This document shows, in pieces, positions 13,670 through 27,612 of a DNA stretch of 64,000 nt. Where the stretch lies: contig NC_043011.1 in assembly GCF_006345805.1 (NCBI RefSeq), positions 21,526,464-21,590,463 on the forward strand. The letters run 5' to 3'. Each line of letters starts with the position of its first letter. Position 1 is the stretch's first letter. A program made the position numbers and the translations under genes. Origin of the DNA: Octopus sinensis (taxonomy: Eukaryota). The notes under the pieces were generated by a model. That model did no database searches. It saw only the letters and a program-made list of their open reading frames with translations, and had not been told where the DNA came from.

Positions 13670-16187
13670 CATACATACATACAGACAGACAGACAGACAG
13701 ACAGACATAAAAATTCCTTCTCCAAACTAATCAATAAGCGGCACAGTAAAAATATGTAATATGTTCCAAAACTTCTCCATCTGGGATCCTTTAATTGAAA
13801 ACATGCATACACATGGTTGCGTGCCTCGTCAGGTCAACGAGCACACCAACTCAACTACATGTTTACAAACACTGGGAAATCTCTTAACTCTTGTCGCTTT
13901 GTTAGCAACCGGCTTGTACTCTCTTAAGAACTTTAAAAAATCCCTAAGGAAAACACGCATACCTATACGTGGGTATATGTATTTATACGTGTGTAAGGCG
14001 GCGAGCTGGCAGAAACGTTAGCACGTCGGGCGAAATGCTTAGCCGTATTTCGTCTGCCGTTACGTTCTGAGTTCAAATTCCGCCGAGGTTGACTTTACCT
14101 TTCATCCTTTCAGGGTCGATAAATTAAGTACCAGTTACGCACTGGGGTCGATATAATCGACCTAATACCTATGTCTGTCCTTGTTTGTCCCTTCTATGTT
14201 TAGCCCCTTGTGGGTAATAAAGAAATAGGTATTTCGTCTGTCATTACGTTCTGAGTTCAAATTCCGCCGAGGTCGACTTTGCCTTTCATCCTTTCGGGGT
14301 CGATAAATTAAGTACCAATTACGCACTGGGGTCGATGTAATCGACTTAATCCATTTGTCTGTCCTTGTTTGTCCCCTCTATGTTTAGCCCATTGTGGCCA
14401 ATAAAGAAATATATATGCATTTATACGTGTGTATTACATATGCGTGTTAGCTTGTATGTAAGTTATCATATCGGCGAGCATATATTTCTGCTCTTCCAAT
14501 TTATTATCTCTCCCAATTCTGAAGTGTATTTCATCCGCTGAACTCATTCAGGCTACCCACAACACTAATTATCTCCAATAACTCATGACCTGCCATCTTT
14601 TGGGAGAATAGTTAAAACAGGACTAATATTTTCTAGCACTTCATTCAGTAAGCGTTACAAGTAGATATCGATAAAATGAGTCTACCATCCAATTCCTTTT
14701 CTACTTGAAGCCAGTTCATTTCACTCTCACTCCAATAAACGACATTTAGAAAAGCATCAATACCCTACAATCTTCGACGGTTTTTAGACTTGTACCTGAG
14801 TTCATGCTCTGATTCTATTTGTAATATATTTGTATCATAAGTCCTTAGATTTAAACCAAATAGCGTACGACTGCGTGAATACAGTTTCAGATAATCACCT
14901 GAGAAACCAGCAATTCCTAAGTTGGCAAAATAGGTAATGGGGTATGTGCATATTTCACGAGTTGCTTCTTCTTCAGCACCAGATCCCATCCATTGACCAT
15001 CAGCGAACTCATTGCTTAAATAGCTAAATATATCGGTGAATACCGCTAAGAACTGAAATATCTGTATATATCCATTACCTATTTTTCCATCTTCGATCGC
15101 ATTTTTTTACAATTCCTAAGTATTTTCCACAGGCACTGCATTATATTCATACGGGGTCAGTTTACTTAATTCTCAACGATCGACTGACTTTTTCTTTATT
15201 TTTTGTAAATCAGGAGGAGAAAACAGAGACCATGATCTTTTACAGGGCTTCCATTCAGACGAGATGGGAGGAAAGAGGTAGGAGGGAGAAAAGGAAATAT
15301 CTTCAAACCGAAGACATAGTTTGGATGTTTTGCAATAGAGTGAACTCTGCTACACGCATCCAAAGTGCCAAGGGTGATGGTGCTAAACCGGTCCACCATC
15401 CATATAGGCCTAAGCGGAAGTTGAACTTAAATAGCAAAGATCGGGAAGAAATATAGAAAGACATCACGTCCAACGCTCTAAGGTTTCCGCCAAACCACCA
15501 CCGTGCACTGGTGGAGACACGTGGCTTAGTGGTCAGGGTGATGGACTCATTATCGTAAGATTGTGGCTTCGATTCCTAGAGCGGCGACGCGCTGTGCTCT
15601 TGAGCAAGACACTTTATTTCACATTGTTCCAGTTCATCAGCTGGTAAAAATGAGTAATCCTGCGACGGACCGGCATCTTGTCCAGGTAGGGAATATATGC
15701 ACCATGGAAGCCAGCTCTTACGAATCAGTATGACTCGAAAAGGTAACTTTGCTTTTACCTGTCCAGTGATACTCTATTTATCGACCTCGAAAGAATGAAA
15801 AATAAAGTTGATCTGAGACTGTTACCTAATATTTAAGTAAGTACTTAGAGGATAATATATAATTCACTGCTGTATATAAACCAGTATTGTAAATTTGATG
15901 AATAACTCGGTTTTATGATTGATGCTTGATGAGGGATGCAGTGGTGAGTTCAGTACAAAAAATTTCCTGATTGACAAACATTCTATCCAGCGAAGTGTTT
16001 TGCTTTCCATCCGTTTAACGCTACGCGCGCATATATACACGCACATACAAATACACACACACATATACACACACACTTTATTACTTGTTTTACGTAGGTA
16101 TATTTATATATATATATTATATATATATATACACACATTTTATTACTTGTTTTACGTAGGTATATATCTATATATATATATATATAG

Positions 16188-16275
<88 letters not shown>

Positions 16276-16452
16276 TATATAGCTAACTAACTATGACTTA
16301 ACTTTTCCTCTCACGCCGTCTCCGATGAAGGGATATTATTATTAATTAATATTCTAGAAACAGCTGTAAGACCTTCTATCTATAAATGCTCTAATATCTA
16401 TACAGCCTTGGCTTTTTTTTTATCTCATTACGCAAAAAATTCATATATACAC

Positions 16453-16485
<33 letters not shown>

Positions 16486-16510
16486 ATATTTATGGAGAGA
16501 GAGAGGGGGG

Positions 16511-16556
<46 letters not shown>

Positions 16557-16987
16557 GATGGGTTTGAGTGTGTGTTTGTATGTGTCTGTCATTATATTGA
16601 CACCCCTCTGAAAAAACCGATATTTGTGCCTATAATCCATAACTTGACACGACAAATAAGAGATCTTTCTGATAAGTAGACTTAAAAATAAGAATGCGGG
16701 GCGGAGGTTGACAGAATCGATCCTCAGTTCTCAAAACTCATCAAAGCGATGAGTGCAGTTCAATGACAGAGACTAATAAAAGATTGTACGGTATGAGGGC
16801 AGTGAAGGAAAGCAGAATCGGTGGAGCGTCGAACAAAATTTCTTGAGCTATTTAGTAACGTTTTCAGCTCAAATCTTTACAGGGTCGTTCTTGCTAACAT
16901 TTTATCCTCCCCCGGGGTTGATAAAACGCCTATATTCCACCACCACCCATCCTCTCTCTCTTTCTCCTCCTCCTGTCTATCTATCTA

Positions 16988-17061
<74 letters not shown>

Positions 17062-20000
17062 AATACATAGCTTTATGTCTTTGCAAATAACTCCATGTTT
17101 ATATTAAGCCAGTGGCTCGCAAACAGCCAAGCGCAAGGCCCCGTTCCCCCAAAAAATTAGTGATTTTTTTTATATATATATATTCCACTATCATAATTTT
17201 CTTATAATATAGCAATTTGTCCGCCCCCTTTTTCTGTCCCCACAGCAACCCGCAGAGAAACACATCTTCCTCGTCCCCCCATGAGAAACGCTGCATTAAA
17301 CTACCTTCTCCCATTGTGGTTGTAACGTATATTAATTCCAGTTTGTGATTCCATCTGGAATCAGTTTTACTTCGCTAAATTTAAACTTCCATTTTGTTTT
17401 CGTTTTTTTTTTTTTTTTTAACTTTTTTCATTTTTATTGTCCTTTTGTTTTTTTTATCTTCTGATGGTTTTTTTTTTTTTTTTTCTTTTTTTTTTTGAGA
17501 TCGAAATAAATTTCAGATATTTTAATATTTTTTTTTTTAATTTCTCTTATTTTGTTTTATTTATTACTTCTTTTTTTTTTCTGTGTGTGTTTTTTTTTTT
17601 TTTGTAGAGAAAACGGTTATGTAGCTGACTACTTTGACACAACTCCTGAGATGTCAACATATTTGTTAGCGTTCGTCGTGAGTGACTTCAGCAACATAAC
17701 AAAACAGGCTGGCAATATCACTGTAAGCGTTATGCTTTCTTTATTCAATTTCTTTCTCCCCGATATTTTCTTAACAGCCGATAACTAACACGTCTTTTTC
17801 AACTTCCCATATTCAATCTGTCAAAACTGTTAATACAGATAATTTTCCAGTTGAATGATTTTTTAATCTTAATCCTTTAGAAATAAAATAGCGATGATTT
17901 CTATTTTTCAGTAATTTCACTGAAGTAATACGAGCAATAATACACGTTACCTAAGGCCATGAATACAATACCCACCAATGAATTTAGACTTGTTATCTTT
18001 GGAGCGATAATTCTGTGCCATAACTACATACTAATATATACCTTAAGGCCTAAGAGAAGCAATGTCCTTATATTTTAATGTACACTGATTCTTATTCAAA
18101 AAGGAAGCTTCCAACAGCACCAAAGCCTATTTAAGCTTATCAGAAAATGTATAATAATAGAGGTAGTGGGTTAGCCTAGCTATTGTTTTAATTATTGTAC
18201 AGAGTGGTCCGAAAGTCAAGTTACCCCCTATCAAAAATTAATGAGAACAATAGAAAAACAAGTAATGCAATAATCTAAAGCACGAACTGAATTTAGTTTA
18301 TTCACTTTCATTGTCGTTGTCACACATCGAGAAGGTCTTTTTTTTTTTTTTGGTTCCTTCTCGAGCTATGCCTGGCTCGTAAGGGCCGGTTTCCCGGTTT
18401 CCTTGGCGTATAGGTTCCCCACCTTGACAGGACGCCGGTCCGTCGCAGGTGAGCAGCAAGATGCAGGAGGAAAGAATGAGAGAAAGTTGTGGCGAAAGAG
18501 TCAGCAGAAGTTCGCCTTTACCTTCTGTGTTTCGCTCATAAACACACACATCACCCGATCTGAGATTCGAACCCGCGATCCTTCGACCGTGAGTTCGCTG
18601 CTCTAACCACTAGGCCATGTGCCTCCACATCGAGAAGGTCTGTATGAACACCATTATTTTCGTGGTACAAAATGATGCGGCGCCATATCCTGTATGCTAT
18701 TTTCCGAAGCTGTGTTTTGGTGACTGTTGCAAAGGCTCTCTGAACGGCGTCCTTCAATTGAGGTCTGGACTTCTAGGAGACTAATCGACAGATGCTGGAA
18801 GTTGTTGCAATCCTCGCCCTATCCCGAAAATCTTCATTTAGGTATTCCCGGACAGTGATAGCATAATGGGGTGGGACACCATCCTGTTGAAGCCAACAAT
18901 CATTCAGGTCAACATTCAACCTCTCTGGAGCTGTGTAACAAACCACTCCTTTAACATGTCCAAGTAAGATCGCTGGTTAACGGTGCACTCGAAGAAATAG
19001 GGTCCTATCAGATGCTTACTCGATATGGCACCCCAAATCATTTCATGTGGGAGAGTGCTAAAACAAAAAAATAATACTAATAATGACAATAATAAACAAT
19101 ATGTAGGGGTGGGTTAACAAGACTTTCGGACCACCCTGTACAGTATTACTCCGCAAGCAAACAATAGAGGCAATAACGTTGGCCCTAACATATCGAATGT
19201 AATGGGGTATGAGAATTTAATCAATTAAAATTACATCCGTAATGAAAAAAATCATAAGCTTGATTATTAATTTTGATCAAGAAATGCAAAGAAGACAATC
19301 TTGTTATCTAAATTAATTAAAATTAAAAATCGAATGCAGTGGAGGAGAGTGATTCTGATTTTTAGTAGTATGGTAACAATTCAGGGATGTTTTGGTATCA
19401 TTATACTTCATCAGTGAAGAACAGCTGCTACAGCAAACCTAAGATGGTTAAGTATTGTTGGATGAAAAGGAGGCGAGCTGGCAGAATCGTTAGCACGCCG
19501 GGCGAAATGCGTAGCCGTATTTCGTCTGCCGTTACGTTCTGAGTTCAAATTCCGCCGAGGTCAACTTTGCCTTTCATCCTTTCGAGATCGATTAAATAAG
19601 CACCAGTTACGTACTGGGGTCGATATAATCGACCTAATCCGTTTGTCTGTCCTTGTTTGTCCTCTCTGTGTTTAGCGTCTTGTGGATAGGTAAAGAAATA
19701 GGTATTGTTGGATGAAGCAACCGAAAAGTAGTATATTTATGCATCGGCAAGCTGAGACCATGAACCGACTTCCGCTCTCAGTTGTAACTATTTTCGTTTC
19801 CCTTGTTTTGCTATCGCTTTTTAGATAGGCATGAAAGCCACACGATCTTGTTTTTTTCTTTCCACGCACTCCTATGTATTTTCCCGAAACATTATGTCAA
19901 TATAAATTCAACGGTAAATAACGTTTTTGCAGTCGTTTACGATTCTAACTGAAAACTCACTGTTCTAAGTAATTATTCTGTGTGATCAATTTAGTGGTTC

Positions 20001-22001
20001 CTTTTTTTTTATCCTAAACTCGATAAAACATGTACCAGTTATAAATCAAGGTAATGAAATACGTTTCCTGTTCAGCCATTTAACCACTACCAGCTCATAG
20101 TATGGGAATAGAAATGCACCTCAAACGTTTCGTTGTGTCTCTTAGCAAACTCTTCCTTCTGTTCTGATAATTGTGTCTATGGCCTCCGTCTGTCATCAAT
20201 GACCTTGGTTGAAGGTCCTAGTTGTCTGCCCCACAGGAACAGTATTGTCTGTGGCTGAACAGTCCGATGTGTCTCTGCCACACAAGCCATACTTGTGGGC
20301 TACATTCATCAATCTTTCCAGTTCAGTAGAACACAAGCCTGAGTAGTGACAAGAGGACATGAAAATGTCTGAGCAAATTATCTGCAATCCGCTGATGACT
20401 TGTCTAGTTTGGAAATTTGATTTTCACCAGGTTCATACTGATGAAATTGGCATTAAGTCCATGTGTTAACTCAGTACGAGTGCTAAACCTTGTACAAATA
20501 CTAACCCTGTATGTACTCCTCACTTCATAAAAGAATTAATTCCAATTAAATCATAAATGGCACCAAGCGCGTCAATATACGGATTACAGAGTTAGAATTG
20601 TAATATACTGGAAATTATGCCGCTATTTTGAAATACCTACAGAAAAGCGACGGTACAGCCATACGCTGTGACAGGTCTCAAAAAGTAACAAAATAACCAT
20701 ATTTGGCACTTGTTGATTCACGCAGATAGGAAGATCAAAGGAAATTTGACCTTGTGTCAGACTGACATAAATTATATCAGATTTATGAGTTAAACGAGTT
20801 AACGAATTGCAGATTACATAAATTCAAGTAATATTAAATAATAGCGTGTTTTAGATATGAATCAAAGAACGTTTCAAAGAACAGATTAGATATGTTATTG
20901 ATTTATTTGGTTTTCATTGCATGTTTTCACTGCATCACCGTGTACAGCTCTGAATGCCTTAGGCAGATGCAGTGCTTTGCTGTTTTTTTTTCCGTTTTCT
21001 TCCATTCTATTTAATGTAGTCCTCGTAATATGCATGCAGTGCCTAACAGTGCTATTTTGTGTATACTCTGTATGTGTAAGTCATTGGCTTTTGATTGTTT
21101 TTTTGTCTGCATCTTTCTAAATCAATTTCTAGACGATTATCAGTTTTAAAGATTGCATCTGTTTTGAATCCCAGCAATCTGTTTTAAATCGCTTTACATT
21201 TGGATGCAAAGACACGTAAGCCTAGTGGTTAGGCTGTCGGACTCACAATCATAAAATTGTAGATTTAATTCGTTGGCCAAATCGCTTCATTTCATGCTGT
21301 TCCGGTCCATGCAACTGCAAATGAGTTGCGTCTCCTGCAGATACTATTAGCCCCTAAATCTTATAAAAAAAACTGTCAACAACACTAATGACTGCGGTGC
21401 ACTGGATGAAGATATTTGGAAAGTTCCTAAATTTCTTTCGCGGGTATATTGCCATTTCATTCGAATTGCTATAGGTGTCATTTTTCTTGGTGAGCTTTGA
21501 ATATACCATCCGACTGGGTTATTTTTTTTAATATTCAGAGGAGTGCCAATATACAAACGATTCTCTAAACGAACAAACTTAATAACGAATATTTTTTCTG
21601 AATATAATTAAACTTACATAATCCACTGAAATTTGATCAACTACCTTCATTCTTTATTTTACATATGCTAGCTTCCTTGAAGACAGAAAACTGCTGTTTG
21701 TTCGTTTTGTTTTGTTTTGTTTATTAGTTTCCTTTTATTCTCTACATAATATTTTGCTCATTCTACTGTGGTTATTACATAGTGATTTTCTTGTTGAAGG
21801 AAGCTCCTATTTCCATGAACTCATAAAAAATACAGGGTTACCTAGATGCAGACGTGGCTGTGCGGTAAGAAGCTTGCTTCCCAACCAAATGGTTCCAGGT
21901 TCAGTCCCACTGCATCTTGAGCAGGTGTGTTCCACTATAGCCTCGAGCCGACCAAAGCCTTGTGAGTGGATTTGGCAAACGAAACTGAAAGAAGCCAATC
22001 G

Positions 22002-22052
<51 letters not shown>

Positions 22053-25000
22053 GTGTGCGTATGTATGTGTATATTTACATATGTGTCTTTGTGTTTGTGT
22101 CTTGTGTTTGTACCCCTTCCCCCATCATCGCTTGATAACCGGTTCTGTTGTGTTTGCATCATTGTAACATAGCAGTTCGGCAAAAGAGACCGATAGAATA
22201 AGTACTAGGCTTAAAAAATAAGTCCTGGAGTCGATTTGTTCAACTAATAAAAAAACCTTCAAGACGGTGCTCTAATATGGCTGCAAACTGAAACAAGTAA
22301 AATATTAAAAGAATAATTTGAAAATTTCAGAAAAATAAAATAAAAATAAGAATAACTTAGCAGAGTTTATTGGGAAACATGGACAAACAAATAAAGTTTT
22401 ATTAGAAACATCTGAACACTTCCACGTAGGTTCCGTTGGTTCCGCGCAACACATCTAAACGAAGTTCAATCTTTATCGTAAGCATAATTTATGAACACCG
22501 TGTATAATCTTTCTGTACCGGCGTTTAAATGGTGTTTTCAAAACACAGTCATTATTTGTCTTGTTTTCCTGTCTGTACAAATGAATTCACTTGGCTTCCA
22601 GTTGAAAATATTTCCAATATTACTCATTACTGGAAGAGTGAGAGAGTGAATATGAGTTGCCATTATTTATTATTGCTTTTTCTGCATTTAGCTCTGTCTT
22701 TGGTATTACTTTAATGCGACTCTAAAACTCGTTCCTAACGTTTTCTTTCGCTTGTTTGTGTTGTAAACTGTCGAGTTCATTATTTCTAAAGTATTTGTCA
22801 ATGTGTGATTGAGTATACTGGATAAAAATATGACGTCTAACAGAAAAAGAATTGATTGGGAATATTTCACTTCTGATTCCAGTGCTAGTTCCTAAATGAG
22901 AAATAGATATTATTATCATGGAAAGCAGAAGACAGCGAGCGGGAAGAATCACTAACACGGCGGATAAAATGCTTAGCAGCCTTTCGTCTGTCTTTACGTT
23001 CTGAGTTCAAATTCCGCCAAAGTTGACTTTGCCGTTCATCCTTTCGGGGGAAATAAAATAAGTACCAATTGAGCACTGGGGTCGGTATAATCGACTGACA
23101 CCCTCCCCACAAAGTCCAGGCCTTGTGCCTACAGTAGAAAGAATTATTAAAGGCAAAAGGCGCTGAGCTGCCAGAATCATTAGCATACCAGACAAAATGC
23201 CGCTACGTTCTGAGTTCAAATTCCGCCGGGGTCGACTTTGCCTTTCATCATTTCGGGGTCGATAAATTAAGTACCAGTTACGCACTGGGGTTGATGTAAT
23301 CGACTTAATCTGTTTGTGTGTCCTTGTTTGTCCTCTCTGTGTGTTTAGCCCCTTGTGGGTAGTAAAGAAATAGGTATTTCGTCTGCTGCTACATTCTGAG
23401 TTCAAATTCCGCCGAGGTCGACTTTGCCTTTCATCCTTTCGGGGTCGATAAATTAAGTACCAGTTACGCACACTGGGGTCGATATAATTGACTTAATCCG
23501 TTTGTCTGTCCTTGTTTGTCCTCTCTGTGTTTAGCCCCTTGTGGGTAGTAAAGAAATAGATATTTCGTCCGTCTATGTTCTAAGATCAAATTCCACAGAG
23601 GTCGATTTTGCTTTTCATTCTTTCAGGGTCAATAACTAAGTGCCAGTTGAGCAATCGGGTCAGTGTAATCGGCTTGCCCTCTCCCAAAAATTTCAGGCCT
23701 TGTTCTTATTGCAGAAAGAACGGCTAAGAGCAGAATCGTTAGCAAGGCAAACAAAATGCTTGACAGCATTTCTTACGTTTTTACATTCCGAGCTCAAATG
23801 CCGCCAAGCTCAACTTTGCCTTACATCCTATCGAGATCGATAAAATAAGTATCAGTTGAGCACTGGAGTCGGTATAATTGACTCACCCTGCACCTAATAG
23901 TAGCTGGTTGTACCAAAACTTAAAACCATTATAAAGGGTAGAGTAGAGGCACATGGCCTAATGGTTAGAGCAACGAACTCGCGGTCGTGGGATCGCGGGT
24001 TTGAATCTCAGACCGGACGATGTGTGTGTGTTTATGAGCGAAACACCTAAGCTCCACGCGGCTCCGGCAGAAGGTAATGGCGAACTTCTGCTGACTCTTT
24101 CGACACAACTTTCACTCTTTCCTCCTGCATCTTGCAGCTCACCTGCGATGGACCGGCGTCCCGTCCAGGTGGGGAATCCTATACGCCAAGGAAACCGGGA
24201 AACCGACCCTATGAGCCAGGCATGGCTCCAGAAGGAACAAACAACAACAACAATAAAGGGTAGAATCTTTAGAGTGCTGGGCAAAATGTTTTTCGATATT
24301 TCCTCTGTTTCTTTACGTTCAGATTTCAAATCCCGCTGAGATTACTTTTTTCTTTCGTTCATTCGAGGGCCATCAAATAAAGCCCTATTCATGTACTAGG
24401 TTGAAGCTTATTGAGTAACCCTAAACGCTCAGTATTGCTGGGCTTGTGCTTAAATTAGAAGCAATTATTATATAAGGGTGTGGAATTAACATAATCGTTA
24501 AGGTTGCTGTACTTTACGTTCTGTGTTCAAATTCCACTGAAGTGAACTTTACTTTTATCCCTTCAAGGTCAATAAACTAAAGTACTAGTCAAGTACTGAG
24601 TTAGTATAATCGACAGTTCCTTGCACTCCAAATTTCTAGCATTGTACCTCTGTTAAAAATTATTACTAGAATAGGGGATTGGCCGAGCATCAGACAAACT
24701 ACCTTGCCGTTTTTAAATATGGTCCTTTACTTTCTAAGTTCAAATCCCGCTCAACGCTCAACTTTACTTTTCATTCATTTTGGGCCGATAAAATGAAATA
24801 TTTGTCAAGTAATGGAGTTTATTTAATCGGCTAACCCAGTCTCGATAAATTTTAAACCTCTGCACCTACGCTATTATGAATTTAATTTCCTCTCATTTTT
24901 CAAATTTCAGTTCAGCGTATGGGCACGGAGAAATGCCATTAAGCAAGCAGAATATGCTCTTGAAGTTGGTGTGAAAATTATACAGTTCTTTGAAAAATAC

Positions 25001-25437
25001 TTTCAGATACCGTTTCCATTGCCAAAGCTAGGTAAGAAAAATTGAATTAGATATTTATTATTCGATTTTGCAATCCACGCTGTACCTAAATCTCTGACCA
25101 GCTGCCGGATGGATTTGTACGAATCTTAAGTTAACACGTATCACATTATCTCACATTACTCTGTGTGTGTGTGTGGTGTGTGTTGTGTGTGTGTGTGTTG
25201 TGTGTGTGTGTTGTGTGTGTGTGTGGTGTGTGTGTGTGTGTGTGTGTGTGTGTTGTGTTCTTGAGCAAAACATTTCATTTCACGTTGCTCCAGTCCACTC
25301 AGCTGGGAAAAATTAGTAACGCTGCGATGGACTGGCGTCCAGCTGAGGAACACATACGCCACTGAAACCGGGAAATCGAGCCCATGAGCTTGGCTAGGCT
25401 TTAAAAGGGCGCATTTATTTATTATATATATATGTGT

Positions 25438-25472
<35 letters not shown>

Positions 25473-27581
25473 TTAAGAAATTCACTTCCCAGCCATGAGG
25501 TTTCAGGTTCAGTTCCATTGCATCACACCCTGGGAAAGTGTCTTCAACTAAATCCCTTGATTAATCAATGATCTTTGAGTAAATTTTTGTGAGCGTAAAC
25601 TGTGCGGAGGCCCATTGCATACATATATTGTAAGGACACGAAAAGGGCTTCAGGTCAGACTGTGGAAAAGAGGAGCCACAGGTGCAGTGCATTGTGGTAG
25701 GTAGCACCTGGTGAGGCACAGGATAACCCCAGACAGGAAGAACCCCACAGAACTGGACGTCAAGCAGCACCTGTGTCTCTTCATGTCTCCGGGAGGAATC
25801 AATACCTATTTCTTTACTACCCACAAGGGGCTAAACACAGAGGGGACAAACAAGGACAGACAACCGGATTAAGTCGATCATATCGACCCCAGTGCGTAAC
25901 TGGTACTTATTTAATCGACCCCGAAAAGATGAAAGGCAAAGTCGACCTCGACGGGATTTGAACTCAGAACGTAACGGCAGACGAAATACTGCTAAGCATT
26001 TCGCCCGGCGTACTTAATGTTTCTGCCAGCTCACCGAGAGGAATCAATACCACGCCAATACCACCCCAGAGGGCTAAAACTACCCAGCGAGAGATGGAAT
26101 CAAATGAGTCCAAATGAATAAAACCAAGTAATGGCGACAACTAGACAAAATATTAGAATACACGCTAGCAGGTACTGCTGAGCAAAATGTGAATTCCCTT
26201 GTCGCTATCGCACTTAATCTAGCAAGAGATCATTTTAGAACAGAAGTCAGACAAGTTACCAATAAAATCCAGAAAGAACATGGAAGAAGAAAAAGAGATG
26301 TATCAAATGAAGGGAGAAATCGAGATTGTCAATAAGCAGCATAAGAGAACTCCTGCCAATGAAAGGAAGGGTATCAAGTGCTTAACAAGTCAGCTTCAAG
26401 AACATCTGCGCAGACTTAGAAGGGCAAGAAGCACCCGAAAGGGGAAGAAAGTGAGTGAGACCAAACAGGTACAGTTTATCAAGAACCCGTCTAGTTTCAC
26501 CCGGACACTATTGAATGAGACCAAATCAGGGATGATGACCTGCCCCTGAGAAGTTGTAGAAGCATTTCCGAGAGAGACCGACAACGACAACTTCAAAAGA
26601 ACCAAGTCCTCGATGTCATCCCAATCACCCGTAGAGCTGAATTAACAGGAAACAAGCTTGACACCAGTTGTCCATCCTGGAATGAAGTAAAAAGGGTGAT
26701 GAAGAAAGCCAGATCAGAATCACTTCCTATACCAAGTCGTGCACATTATAAAGTAAATAAGAAATTCCCATTGCTCCTTCGGATATTACGGACGCCGTCC
26801 CAACAGATATAGGCAAAGAGGATCAAGTCATCATTCTGGAAAAAGATGGGAGGGTGTTTTGTACCAAAGGAAGGAAATTCTTCAGCCATTAACCATCAAC
26901 TCAGAACCCTCTTACTCCTGAGTGTTGAGGGGGAAAATCTTTTCCCTGTTGGCCAAAAGAATTACCTCGTACTTGACTGGGGATGGACGCGTAAACACCT
27001 CCGTCGAGGAAGGTGGGGCTTCAAGTTTGTCAAGATGCCTCGAATACACTGGAATTCTCAGGCCAAAAGAAGCAAAGATGACTTGACAATAGTCCTTGAT
27101 TACTATCATATCCCTCCACATGTCAATGAAATGTTCACCGGCTACTTTAGCGGTATTCAGTTGCACTTTAAAATAGTCAACTTTACAACTCGACGGCAAA
27201 ACCTGGAGAAAGTAATTGTAACTGGTTGCACAATTTCACTCATCCTTTTCATCGTCAGAATGAATCTCCTTATAACAGCTGCTGATAAAGAATTGGAAGG
27301 GCCAACAACAGATTTAGGCAACCAACAACATCCAATTAGGGATTTTTCATAAATGATCTTACAGTGACTACTATAACCCATGTGAAAGCGGAACGGGTAC
27401 TGATTTCACTTGAACGCATGAAATCTTGGAGTACTGAACACAGAAATCTTGAAGTATCGTAATCAGGAGGGGTAAATTAACAAATAGAATCAAGCAGCAA
27501 TTAAAAGGAGAAGCTATTCTACCAATAAAGGAAAATCCAATTAAATGCCATTGAAGTGGTTTTACAATTCACTCGCTGACT

Positions 27582-27612
<31 letters not shown>

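Noticed and set aside
18540-18625. tRNA-like sequence (also near 23945, 15512 and 44390)
   Set aside because: These are SINE heads with a body, tail and in one case a TSD; no complete cloverleaf.
22935-23900. Regularly recurring repeats resembling a CRISPR array
   Set aside because: Eukaryotic intron; the units are SINE bodies without unique spacers and there are no cas genes.
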